Shown here: piece after piece, positions 9,649 through 18,972 of the stretch
How the letters are laid out: every line of letters starts with the position of its first letter
Numbering within the stretch: the stretch's first letter is position 1
From: Coriobacteriia bacterium
GTDB taxonomy: Bacteria; Actinomycetota; Coriobacteriia; Anaerosomatales; JBAZZO01
Assembly: GCA_041658765.1 (NCBI GenBank)
Contig: JBAZZO010000012.1
Span: 5,387 to 69,386 of the forward strand
Direction: 5' to 3'
Length of the DNA: 64,000 bases
The notes under the pieces: generated by a model
What the model saw: only the letters and a program-made list of their open reading frames with translations
Databases searched by the model: none
What the model was told of the DNA's origin: nothing
Position numbers and translations under genes: made by a program

Positions 9649-10662
9649 GTGGGAAAGTCGACAGAGGGCGTTCTGCTGCTCGGGTTCGGCGGCCCCGACT
9701 CCGTGGAGGAGATCGGACCGTTCATGTGCGAGCTCATGGGGCGTGAGCCTTCGGAGGAGCTGCTCGCGCGCGTCCGAAAGCGCTACCTGACGATCGGCGG
9801 GAAGTCGCCGCTGCCCGAGATCGCGGCGGAGATCGCTTCCGCGCTCGAGACGGAACTGGGGAAGCGCGGGCATGCCGTGCCGGTCCGTGTCGGCATGCGC
9901 TACTGGTCTCCGTTCATCGGACAGACCCTTCGCGAGATGTACGACTCCGGCGTGCGGCGAGTCGTGACGGTCAGCCTGTCGCCGTTCGAATCCGCGGTCA
10001 GTTCGGGAGCGTACCGCGATGCCGTCACGGAGGCTCTGGCCGGTCTGCCGGGTATGGAGGCGGTCGAGTCTCGGACCTACCACGACGCTCCAGACTTCAT
10101 CGGCCTTCTCGCGGGGGCGTCCGCGGACGCTCTCGAGCGTCTGGGCGAGGACTACCGCGAGCATGTCCTCGTCGTCTTCACGGCTCACAGTCTCCCGCTC
10201 TCCGACATCGCGGAGGACGGGACCTACGTCGTGCAACTCGAGGCGACCGCGCTCGCCACGGCCATCGCGCTCAAGCTCGGCCCCGCGACGGCTTTCAGGG
10301 GAGGCGAAGCGCTGCCCGGTATCGAGGCGTTCGGCGATCTGTCGACCGGTCGTCCGTGGCTCCTCGCATACCAGAGCAAGGGCCAGAAGCCGGGAGAATG
10401 GCTCGGCCCGGACGTCGAGGAAGTGATCGCCGCAGCTGCGGCGCAGGGTCTGACCGCCGTCGCCATTTGTCCGATCGGGTTCGTCACGGATCACATGGAG
10501 ACGCTCTATGATCTCGACGTCGTGGCCGCGGGGGCGGCGCTCGACGCCGGGCTGGAGTCGGTCAGGGCAACGGTCCCCAACGCCCACCCGGACATGATCC
10601 GGGTGTTCGCGGAGGCCGTGGCGTCGCTGCTGTCGCCGAGTGGAGAAGGAAGGCCCGGATGA
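9649..10662 (+). CDS. hemH: ferrochelatase (Gram-positive type, possibly coproporphyrin ferrochelatase)
   Basis: GTG at 9649 inside a long shadow ORF. Contains GVLLLGFGGPDS and ICPIGFVTDHMETLYDLD. Confidence 0.85.
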   Translation: MGKSTEGVLLLGFGGPDSVEEIGPFMCELMGREPSEELLARVRKRYLTIGGKSPLPEIAAEIASALETELGKRGHAVPVRVGMRYWSPFIGQTLREMYDSGVRRVVTVSLSPFESAVSSGAYRDAVTEALAGLPGMEAVESRTYHDAPDFIGLLAGASADALERLGEDYREHVLVVFTAHSLPLSDIAEDGTYVVQLEATALATAIALKLGPATAFRGGEALPGIEAFGDLSTGRPWLLAYQSKGQKPGEWLGPDVEEVIAAAAAQGLTAVAICPIGFVTDHMETLYDLDVVAAGAALDAGLESVRATVPNAHPDMIRVFAEAVASLLSPSGEGRPG

Positions 10663-12134
10663 AGAAGGTAGTCGTCATCGGTGGCGGGGTCGCCGGCCTC
10701 GGCGCGGCGTTCAAGGTGAAGCGGGCGGCCGACGCGGGGAACGACGTCACGTTCACGTTGGTCGAGCGCGACCCCCGTCTAGGCGGGAAGATCGCCTCCG
10801 AGGTCACGGGGGACGGCTTCATCATCGACGGCGGTCCCGACTGCTTCCTCACGAGCAAGCCGGCGGTCCATCGCGTCGCGGAGCTGATGGGGATCGACAA
10901 GGACAAGATGCCCACCGATGACAGCCGCAAGAAGACCCTCATCCTGTCGCGGGGGAAGCTCTACGAGATGCCCGACGGGGTCATGATGTTCGCTCCGACG
11001 AAGTTCGTCCCGTTCGCCACGACGGGGCTGTTCACCTGGCCGGGTAAGATCCGCGCGGGGATGGACCTCTTCGTCCCGAAGAAGCGTGTCGTGGAAGGCG
11101 AACTTAACGACGAGACGCTCGAGCATTTCATCCTGCGCCGCATGGGGCGCGAGATCCTCGACCGGCTCGCCGAGCCCCTCGTGGGCGGCGTGCACGCGTC
11201 CGATCCTGCGGTCATGTCTCTCGCGGCTACCTTCCCGAACCTGCTCGACATGGAGCAGAAGTACGGCAGCATGGTCCGCGGCTTCCTGGCCGCCCGCAAG
11301 ATGGTCGAGGCGATGAAGAAGAAGTACCCGCCCGACCCCGCGAATCCCAAGACGTTCTTCACGTCGTTCAAGCACGGCATGCAGGAGCTCACCGACACGC
11401 TGGCCGACGCGGCGGGCCGCGACAAGATACGCACGGGGGTCGCGGTCACGGCGATCAGCCGCTACGGGGACGCGTGGAGCGTCGCACTCTCCGACGGTTC
11501 GGTGGAGGCTTGCGACGCCGTGATCGTCGCGACCGAGTCCTGGGCGGCCGAGCCGCTGATGCGCCCGATCGACGAAGCGATCGCCGACGCGTTGGCGGGC
11601 ATCCCGTCGTCGTCTTCCGCGACCGTCTCCGTCGGGTTCGATGAGGACCAGGTCGGCATCGACATGAACGCCTTCGGCGTGCTCTGCCCGCTCGTGGAGA
11701 AGCGCTCGCTGATGGCGGCGACCTACTCGTCGACGAAGTGGCCCGGCCGGGCGCCCGAGGGCAAGGTGCTCCTGCGCGGATTCGTGGGAGGACCCCACAA
11801 CCAGGCGATCATGGAGCGCAGCGACGACGAGATAGGCGAGATCGTCCTCTCCGAGCTGCGCTCGATCCTCGGCGTCAAGGGCGAGCCCCTCTTCAAGAAG
11901 GTCTTCCGCTGGCACCTCGGGATGCCGCAGTACACGATGGGGCATCTCGACCGCGTGGCTACCGTCGAGGACCGCAGCGCCGACATCACCGGCCTCGCGC
12001 TCGCGGGGGGCAGCTACCGCGGTGTGGGGATACCGAACTGCATCGAGAGCGGCGAGCGGGCGGTGAGCAAGGTGCTCGGCGAGTGGGGCATCGACCTCGC
12101 TGAGGATCACGTCGAGGAGAAGCGCCGCTACTGA
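10659..12134 (+). CDS. hemY: protoporphyrinogen/coproporphyrinogen III oxidase, FAD-dependent (HemY/CgoX family)
   Basis: N-terminal dinucleotide-binding motif VVVIGGGVAGLGAAF. 491 aa. ATGA overlap with hemH. Confidence 0.88.
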   Translation: MKKVVVIGGGVAGLGAAFKVKRAADAGNDVTFTLVERDPRLGGKIASEVTGDGFIIDGGPDCFLTSKPAVHRVAELMGIDKDKMPTDDSRKKTLILSRGKLYEMPDGVMMFAPTKFVPFATTGLFTWPGKIRAGMDLFVPKKRVVEGELNDETLEHFILRRMGREILDRLAEPLVGGVHASDPAVMSLAATFPNLLDMEQKYGSMVRGFLAARKMVEAMKKKYPPDPANPKTFFTSFKHGMQELTDTLADAAGRDKIRTGVAVTAISRYGDAWSVALSDGSVEACDAVIVATESWAAEPLMRPIDEAIADALAGIPSSSSATVSVGFDEDQVGIDMNAFGVLCPLVEKRSLMAATYSSTKWPGRAPEGKVLLRGFVGGPHNQAIMERSDDEIGEIVLSELRSILGVKGEPLFKKVFRWHLGMPQYTMGHLDRVATVEDRSADITGLALAGGSYRGVGIPNCIESGERAVSKVLGEWGIDLAEDHVEEKRRY

Positions 12135-12943
12135 CGCGCGAGAGCGCGAGTGATGCGATCGAGCATGAGTCCGTGGAGCGCGATCCCGCCGGCGGCCAGT
12201 ATGTCGCCGGCGGCGGGCGTCCACTGTGCGCCGCGCATGTCGGTGACCACGGCGCCGGCCTCCCGCAGGATGACCACGCCCGCGGCGGTGTCCCACGGCT
12301 TGAGGCCGCCCTCCCAGTAGCCATCGCATCGTCCCGCGGCGACGTGGCAGCAATCGAGCGCCGCCGAACCGTCGCGGCGCACGTCGTGGACGTCGCGGAT
12401 GAACGCCGAGAAGATCGCCATCTGCCTGTCGAGCGGCTCGCCACGGTCGTAAGGGAAACCGGTGACGAGCAGCGATCTCTCGAGCGGGGACGAGCCCGCC
12501 GGTCGGATCGGGGCGCCGTCGAGGGTCGCGCCCAGCCCGAGGGCGGCGGCGGCCGTCGTGGCGCCGGGGACGTCGCGTACCGCGCCCGCGACGGGCACAC
12601 CGTCGCGGAGGCACGCGACCGAGACGGAGTAGCACGGGTATCCGTGCACGAACGAAGTCGTGCCGTCGAGCGGGTCGACTACCCACGTCTCGCCCTCGAA
12701 GATGTCGCCCTCGGGCACGCCGGTCGCCGCGAGTGCCTCGGGTTCCTCCACGACGACCCGTGCGCCCTCCGAGCGTTCGGCTATCGCGCGGACGACGGCG
12801 ATCCCCGAGGCGATGTCCGCCTCGGTGACCAGGTCGAACCCGCTCGACTTGGAGCGTACGGCACCGAGGTCTCCCGCTCGCGCCAGAAGGATCGCGCCGC
12901 CCGCCTCCGCTGCGGCGACGGCGATGGACAGCAGCTCACGCAT
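12128..12943 (-). CDS. inositol monophosphatase family protein
   Basis: WVVDPLDGTTSFVHGYP motif. ATG at 12943 (MRELLSIAV) is preceded by GAGG. The track ORF extends a further 51 codons upstream without support. Confidence 0.85.
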   Translation of the reverse strand: MRELLSIAVAAAEAGGAILLARAGDLGAVRSKSSGFDLVTEADIASGIAVVRAIAERSEGARVVVEEPEALAATGVPEGDIFEGETWVVDPLDGTTSFVHGYPCYSVSVACLRDGVPVAGAVRDVPGATTAAAALGLGATLDGAPIRPAGSSPLERSLLVTGFPYDRGEPLDRQMAIFSAFIRDVHDVRRDGSAALDCCHVAAGRCDGYWEGGLKPWDTAAGVVILREAGAVVTDMRGAQWTPAAGDILAAGGIALHGLMLDRITRALARQ

Positions 12944-12998
12944 GGGGGTCCTCTCGGGTTCGGGTAGATTCAAGTGTACCCTTCCCGAGGAGGTCCGC

Positions 12999-14912
12999 GT
13001 GCTCCACGACGGCTTCGCGTCCGCCACGCTCGCCGAGCCGCTCGCGCGGGAGCTGGAGGAGAGCGCCCGTCGCTGCAGGGGCGCGGTGCTGACCATGACG
13101 ACGCTCGCGGCGTCGGGTCATCCGGGCGGGTCGTTCTCCTCGATGGAGATCCTCACGCTGCTGTACTCCTTCGCCCGGCTGCGTCCCTCCGAGCCACGAT
13201 GGGCCGATCGCGACCGGGTCATCGTCAGCCATGGTCACACGTCGCCGGGGGTCTACTCCGCTCTGGCGGCGGCCGGCTTCTTCGATATCGACGACGCCGT
13301 GGCCCACTTCCGGCAGGCGGGCAGCCCCTTCGAGGGACATGTGGAGCGGTCCGTCCCTGGAGTCGAATGGTCGACCGGGAATCTCGGCCAGGGTCTATCC
13401 GCGGGCGTGGGATCGGCTCTCGCCGCGCGTATGACGCGCGGAGGGTGGCGCACGTTCGTCGCGATGAGCGACGCGGAGCAGCACAAGGGGCAGGTCGGGG
13501 AGGCCCGCAGGCTCGCCGTGAAGGAGGGGCTCTCGGACCTGACGGTCGTGGTAGACCTCAACGGGATCCAGATCTCGGGGCGTACGCGCGACGTGCTCCC
13601 GGTCGACGTCGCCGCGGACTATCGCGCCGACGGATGGGGCGTCATCGAGGCGGACGGTCACGACGTCCGCGACCTCTACGCGGCGATCGCGTCCGCCGTC
13701 GCCGAGCATGCCCGGCCGGTCGCCGTGCTCGCGAGGACGGTCATCGGCAAGGGCGTTCCGTTCATGGAGGGAGACCCCGAGTATCACGGACGGGCCCTGA
13801 GCGAGGAAGAGTACGTCGACGCGATGACGGTCTTGGGTCTCGCTCCCGGGCTTCAAGCGGCGCGGGAGCGCAGGACATCGCCCTGGGTCACCGCCCCGGC
13901 GCTGGTGGCCGCCGACCATCCGGAGCTGAAGACTGGCAGCCCCAGGGAGTACGGCGCCGATCACCCCACCGACTGCAGATCGGCCTGGGGAGCCGCGCTC
14001 CTCGATATCGCACAGGCGTCGCCCGGCGTCCCTCTGGCCGTGCTCGACTGCGACCTGGCGGCCTCGGTGAAGACCGAGGCGTTCGCCATCGCCCGGCCGG
14101 AGTCCTTCGTGGAGTGCGGAGTGGGGGAGCACAACGCCGCGACGGTGGCGGGAGCGCTGGCGGTGAACGGAGTGGCGGCGTTCTGGTCGGATTTCGGTGT
14201 CTTCGGTATCGACGAGGTCTACAACCAGCAGCGGCTCAACGACATCAACGGAGCTCCCGTCCGTCTGGCGGTCACGCACTGCGGTCTCGACGTCGGGGAG
14301 GACGGTCGCACTCACCAGTGCGTGGACTATGTCGGTACGCTGCGCAATCTGTTCGGCTGGCGCGTCATCGTCCCGGCGGATGCCGACCAGACCGACCGGG
14401 CCGTGCGCGCCATGGTCGCTTTCGATGGCCCCGTGGCACTGTGCGTGGGACGCTCGAAGCTTCCCGCGGTGCTCATGGCGGACGGCAGCCCGGCGTTCGG
14501 AGGGGACTGGGAGTTCCGCTACGGCGCCATCGACCGTGTCCGCGATGGGACCGACGCGTACGTGCTGGCGATGGGGACGCCCGTCGGGGCGGCGATCGCG
14601 GCGGCCGACGCGTTGCGTGCGGCCGGGGTCTCCGTCGCGGTCGGTGTCACCGCGAGTCCTCTCGAACTCGACGAAGCGGAGATGGAGTTCGCCGCTCGCG
14701 CCGGTCTGCTCGTCACGGTCGAGGACCACAACGTTCGCACCGGGCTGGCGGCCAGCGTCGCCGAGTGGCTCGCGCTTTCGGGAAGGACCGCGCGGCTGTT
14801 GCGCATCGGAGTCGAGGGATATGCGACGTCGGGGAGATCCGCCGACGTGCTCGCACGTTCGGGGCTCGACGCCGGCGGCATCGCTGCGGTACTCAAGACG
14901 GCGCTTCTCTAG
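12999..14912 (+). CDS. transketolase family protein (N- and C-terminal sections fused)
   Basis: GTG at 12999 lies 6 nt after GAGGAGG. Contains LAASGHPGGSFSSMEIL (TPP-binding N-terminal section) plus pyrimidine-binding and C-terminal domains. Confidence 0.85.
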   Translation: MLHDGFASATLAEPLARELEESARRCRGAVLTMTTLAASGHPGGSFSSMEILTLLYSFARLRPSEPRWADRDRVIVSHGHTSPGVYSALAAAGFFDIDDAVAHFRQAGSPFEGHVERSVPGVEWSTGNLGQGLSAGVGSALAARMTRGGWRTFVAMSDAEQHKGQVGEARRLAVKEGLSDLTVVVDLNGIQISGRTRDVLPVDVAADYRADGWGVIEADGHDVRDLYAAIASAVAEHARPVAVLARTVIGKGVPFMEGDPEYHGRALSEEEYVDAMTVLGLAPGLQAARERRTSPWVTAPALVAADHPELKTGSPREYGADHPTDCRSAWGAALLDIAQASPGVPLAVLDCDLAASVKTEAFAIARPESFVECGVGEHNAATVAGALAVNGVAAFWSDFGVFGIDEVYNQQRLNDINGAPVRLAVTHCGLDVGEDGRTHQCVDYVGTLRNLFGWRVIVPADADQTDRAVRAMVAFDGPVALCVGRSKLPAVLMADGSPAFGGDWEFRYGAIDRVRDGTDAYVLAMGTPVGAAIAAADALRAAGVSVAVGVTASPLELDEAEMEFAARAGLLVTVEDHNVRTGLAASVAEWLALSGRTARLLRIGVEGYATSGRSADVLARSGLDAGGIAAVLKTALL

Positions 14913-15454
14913 TCGTCGCCCCTGCGGACGGCGCGAAGCACCGCTGCCCCGTCAGCGTCGCCGGCGCACTCCACCGGGACGATCCCGCGCTCGGCGAGGA
15001 CGGCGAGGACGGCATCGACTGCCGCAGGCACCGCGGCGGCTACCTCGGGTGAGAGCCCTATCTCCGGGCCGCCGATGTCGCGGGCCTGCACCCCGACGAA
15101 GGTCGCCTGGGGCCGGGCGCCGATCAGTTCGGCCGCCTGCAGGACGTCGATGAGCCGGACGTCGTGCAGCGAGTGCATCACCTGGTTCCCCGCGACGTCC
15201 TCCGCGGCGACGCGCACGACCGTTCCGGGAGGCTCGCCGGTCCCGTCGACCGCGTCGACCACGAGCAGGAAGTCGCATTCGCGGAAGAGGTTGAGGATGC
15301 CCATCCCCATCGTTCCCGCGTCGATCACGCGGACGTGATCGGGGAACTCGAACCGCGAGAGGAGCTCCTCGGTGACGCGGGGGCCTATCCCTTCGTCGCG
15401 GCAGAGCGGGTTGCCCACCCCCATGACGGTGATCCGCTCGGGAGCTGAAGTCAC
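14909..15454 (-). CDS. hydrogenase maturation endopeptidase (HyaD/HybD family)
   Basis: VMGVGNPLCRDEGIGPRV and VVDAVD motifs. It is the last gene of the minus-strand hydrogenase operon. Confidence 0.88.
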   Translation of the reverse strand: MTSAPERITVMGVGNPLCRDEGIGPRVTEELLSRFEFPDHVRVIDAGTMGMGILNLFRECDFLLVVDAVDGTGEPPGTVVRVAAEDVAGNQVMHSLHDVRLIDVLQAAELIGARPQATFVGVQARDIGGPEIGLSPEVAAAVPAAVDAVLAVLAERGIVPVECAGDADGAAVLRAVRRGDD

Positions 15455-15498
15455 GGCGTTCCTCCTCCCTGTGGTCTCGTGTGCGGGTCCGATGAAGA

Positions 15499-15528
15499 GC
15501 CGGGCCCCGGGATGTCCCGGGGCCCGGC
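15499..15528 (-). terminator. perfect 14-bp GC-rich palindrome between the cytochrome b and protease genes (intercistronic hairpin or partial terminator)
   Basis: GCCGGGCCCCGGGA-TG-TCCCGGGGCCCGGC. On the minus strand it is followed by tcttcatcgg. Confidence 0.45.
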
Positions 15529-15551
15529 CGGTCGTGCGATGGCGCGTGGTG

Positions 15552-16199
15552 CTAGTGCTCCTTCGCCGGAGTCTCCTTCTGGAAGAACATGAGCGGCAGA
15601 GCCTCGATGTCCTCCGCGAGAGACAGGTAGACGTGGATCATGGTGATCAGGATGAAGACCCACATGATGAAGAAGTGGATCTCCCGCATGATCATCAGCC
15701 CACCGACGAGGCTCGTGCCCCACGAGAAGAACGTCATCCGGGCCGCTGGGCCGTAGATGGCGAATCCGGTGTAGCCCTGTGCGATCAGTAACGGGATCAT
15801 CGCCAGGTACGCCGTCTTCTGCATGGGATTGTACTTGCCCGAGATCGGATGGGTCTTGCGCAGGAAGAGGTAGTACTTGATGGTCTCGAAGAACTGACCC
15901 TTGTTCTCCTCCTGGAATCCCCAGTTCTTGCGGTCCCTCGCGATCTCGCGCGTCCCCTTCGTCAGCGTCGAACCGCCACCCATGAACGCCCAGTAGATGC
16001 GGCAGACGAGGGTGATCAACACGACGTACATGAAGATGAAGTGGAGCGTCCTCATGAGTTCCATGTTGCCGTTGAAGAAGGGCTTGTGGATGTAGAAGCC
16101 CGTGAAGCCGAGGGCGACCATGCTGATCAGGTGCGACCAGTGCATGAGCGTCGCCGGCAGGGGATGGGCTTCCCTGTATGCTCCGTGGGACATACGCAT
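15552..16199 (-). CDS. Ni/Fe-hydrogenase b-type cytochrome subunit
   Basis: Four predicted TM helices with conserved His residues; HyaC/CybH-like. The ATG at 16199..16197 overlaps the read-through stop of the large subunit (TGATG). Confidence 0.88.
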   Translation of the reverse strand: MRMSHGAYREAHPLPATLMHWSHLISMVALGFTGFYIHKPFFNGNMELMRTLHFIFMYVVLITLVCRIYWAFMGGGSTLTKGTREIARDRKNWGFQEENKGQFFETIKYYLFLRKTHPISGKYNPMQKTAYLAMIPLLIAQGYTGFAIYGPAARMTFFSWGTSLVGGLMIMREIHFFIMWVFILITMIHVYLSLAEDIEALPLMFFQKETPAKEH

Positions 16200-17836
16200 C
16201 ACAACCCGACGGGCTTGGAGAGGACTGTCGCCTGCTTCTTCGTCTTGGGTTCAAACACGTGAACCCCGCACCCGATTCAAGGATCGAAGCTATGTACGAT
16301 GCGCAACGCTTCGAGCGGCTTGGTCGGGTCCTCGACGGGAGCGCCGACGAGCGCTTCCTCCAGCGGACCGCGCTGGCCGTCCTTGTCGCGCGGGGACATG
16401 TCCCACGTCGACGGGGCGATGACCTGGTAGCGGTCTATCTTGCCGCCCTTGACGGTCACCCAGTGTCCGAGAGCGCCGCGAGGCGCCTCCCAGAGGCCTA
16501 CGCCTTCGCCGTCGGTGGCGTCGCTGGTCTCGAAGAACTTCGAGTCCCCGCCCTTGATCGCGGCGACGAGATCGTTGACCCAGCCGAGGGCCTTGTCGGC
16601 GATGTACTTCGCCTCGAGGTTACGGGCCGCGACGCGGCCGAGCAGCGAGAGAAGCACTTCCGGCTTGCCCGCGACGCCGAGCGCCGCGAGTGTGCTGTCG
16701 ACGAGCTCCTTGATCTCGGGAACGCCCGAGACGTATCCGACGAGCATGCGGGAGAGCGGGCCGACCTCCATGGGCTTGCCGTCGTAGCGCGGCGCCTTCA
16801 CCCAGGAGTACTTGTCGTCGACGTTGTAGTCCTTGTACTCCATCTTCGTGACGCCCTTGGCCGGATTCAGATTGCCGGAGTCGGACGTGAACCAGGAGTG
16901 GTCCACGTACTCCATGATCTTCGTCGGATCGGCCTCGAGGACGGATAGCTGACCGCCCATGATGACGCCACGAGGCAGGGCGCGCTTCTTCGGGTCCATC
17001 GACTCGTCGTCGAAGACACCCCACGCGAGGTGGTTCCCGACGCCCTTGCCGTACGTCGCGGCGTCGATGTAGAACGGGGCGATGGCGAGGGTGTCCGGGA
17101 TCATGGTGTTCGTGATCCAGTCGCGGACCTTCGTGAAGCGGAAGAGTATGTCGTCGAGCTTCTCCTCGGTGGGGACCCACACGGTCCCGCCGGGAAGCGA
17201 CGTCATGAAGTGCGGGAACTTGCCGCCCATCACGGCGATGATCGCTGCGGCCTCGGCCTGGATCTCCAGGGCCTCGAGGTAGTGCGCGACGGCGATCAGG
17301 TTGAGTTCGGGCGGAAGCTTCATAGCGGGGTGGCCCCAGTAGCCGTTCGTGAAGATCGACAACTGGCCGCCCTCGACGAACTTCTTGACGCGGGTCTGGA
17401 CTGCGCCGAAGTCGGCGACGCTCGTTCCCGCCTTACTCGCGAGAGCATACGTGTCGGCGATGTCCGCTGAGAGCGCGGAGACCACGTCGACGTAGTCGAG
17501 CGCGGTGAGCGTGTAGAACCACAGCACGTGGCTGTGGAGTGACTCGGCCGCCTCGATGAGGTTGCGGATGATCCGCGCGTTGTTCGGGATCTTGATGTTC
17601 AGCGCGGCCTCCGAGCCCATCGTGGAGGCGTGACCATGTGAGATGGGGCAGACGCCGCAGATGCGCTGCGCGACGTAGAACGCGTCGGCAGGTTCGCGGC
17701 CCTGCAGGACCGTCTCCATGCCACGGTAGAGGCCGCCGGACGCCCAAGCGTCCTTGACCTTCCCGCCCTCGACTTCGATCTCTACGCGGAGATGACCTTC
17801 GATGCGGGTGACTGGATCGATGACTGCACGAGTCAC
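16199..17836 (-). CDS. [NiFeSe] hydrogenase large subunit, selenocysteine encoded by in-frame TGA at 16279..16277 (545 aa including U)
   Basis: N-terminal Ni-ligand motif RICGVCPISHGHAS. The track ORF ends at HSFDP-TGA. Read-through gives DP-U-IGCGVH followed by VFEPKTKKQATVLSKPVGL, ending at TGA 16201..16199. Confidence 0.85.
16247..16266 (-). promoter_or_regulatory. candidate bacterial SECIS hairpin
   Basis: On the minus strand, GGGUUC(A)-CGUGUU-(U)GAACCC begins 11 nt after the UGA. The stem is 6-7 bp and the apical loop contains GU. Confidence 0.6.
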
Positions 17837-18972
17837 TGGTTATCGCCTCCCTTCGCGCTCTTCTTCTGCTTCTCCATGGGAGCACCGTGCCCCATGCGGC
17901 CCGTCGCGACCTGGGCGACGCCGTGGACTACGAGACCCGCGGCGGCGACAGCGCCGAGCGCCGCGCCGATGGTGTCGGGCTTCACGCCGCCGATACCCGG
18001 CAGCGGGATGTCGGCCAGCCGGTTGAGGAACGGAGCGTCCCTGTCGACCCAGTTCAGGTTGCCGCAGCCGATGCATGGGCTGCCGGACTCGACACACCAG
18101 TTGACACGGCGGTTCCAGCGCACGTTCGGGCAGTTCGTCTTCGTCTGGGGGCCCTTGCAGCCGACCTTGTAGAGGCACCACTGCTTGGCTTCCTCGGGCG
18201 TGCCGAACGTCTCGACGAACTCGCCGTTCTCGAAGTGACCGCGACGCGGGCAGTTGTCGTGGATCGTCGACCCGTAGATGAGCGTCGGGCGACCCTCTTC
18301 GTCCAGTTCAGGGAGCTTGCCGATGAGAAGCGCGTCGACGACCATCGCGACGATCCACTCGGGGTTCACGGGACAGGTCGGGAGGTTGATGAGCGGGACT
18401 TCACCGAAGCCGAGCTCCGCCGCGACCTGCTTGACGCCGGTGGCGTTCGCGGGGTTCGGTGCGGCCTTCACCCAGCCGCCGTCGACCGCGCACGAACCGA
18501 CCGCGATGATGGCGTCCGCGTTCGAGCAGACGTCCTTGAGGTGTTCCGTGCCGGTCTTGCCGGCGATGCGAAGGGTGTTGCCGTCGGCGCCCTGCATAAC
18601 GGAGCCCTCGATGATGGCGATGTAGCCGCCCTTGTCGATGGTGTCCTTCTTTGCCTGCTCGGCTTGTTCACCTGCGGCGGCCATGACCGTCTCGAAGTAG
18701 TTGAGTGAGAGAAGGTCCAGCACGATCGAGGCTACGTCGGGATAGTCGACCTGTGCGATCGACTCGGTGCAGCCCGTGCACGAACCTAGGTTGAGCCAGA
18801 TAGCCGGCTTGAGCGCGGCGCCCTTCTCGATCGCCGCGGCGATCTGCGGAGCGGCCATCTCGGACAGCCCGAGCATCGCCGCGAGGGTGCCACAGTACTT
18901 GACGAAGTCACGCCGGGTCACCCCGCGTGCCGCGAGCGCATCGTCGAGGACGCTTCGCGTCTCTTGCGCCAT
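17833..18972 (-). CDS. [NiFe(Se)] hydrogenase small subunit, Tat-exported, with a C-terminal membrane anchor
   Basis: Twin-arginine signal TRRDFVKYCGTLAAMLGL. Fe-S cysteine clusters are present, including NWCVESGSPCIGC. ATG at 18972 lies 8 nt after AAGGAGG. ATGA overlap with the large subunit. Confidence 0.9.
   Translation of the reverse strand: MAQETRSVLDDALAARGVTRRDFVKYCGTLAAMLGLSEMAAPQIAAAIEKGAALKPAIWLNLGSCTGCTESIAQVDYPDVASIVLDLLSLNYFETVMAAAGEQAEQAKKDTIDKGGYIAIIEGSVMQGADGNTLRIAGKTGTEHLKDVCSNADAIIAVGSCAVDGGWVKAAPNPANATGVKQVAAELGFGEVPLINLPTCPVNPEWIVAMVVDALLIGKLPELDEEGRPTLIYGSTIHDNCPRRGHFENGEFVETFGTPEEAKQWCLYKVGCKGPQTKTNCPNVRWNRRVNWCVESGSPCIGCGNLNWVDRDAPFLNRLADIPLPGIGGVKPDTIGAALGAVAAAGLVVHGVAQVATGRMGHGAPMEKQKKSAKGGDNQ

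Noticed and set aside
10779-12686. 635-aa minus-strand ORF antisense to hemY and overlapping the IMPase gene
   Set aside because: The composition is Arg/Pro/Gly/Ala-rich and typical of a high-GC shadow frame. It has no recognisable motifs and fully overlaps two genes with clear family signatures.
12660-12998. 113-codon N-terminal extension of the transketolase ORF
   Set aside because: It lies antisense to the IMPase coding sequence and is Ser/Thr/Ala/Pro-rich. GTG at 12999, with GAGGAGG upstream, gives a normal transketolase N-terminus.
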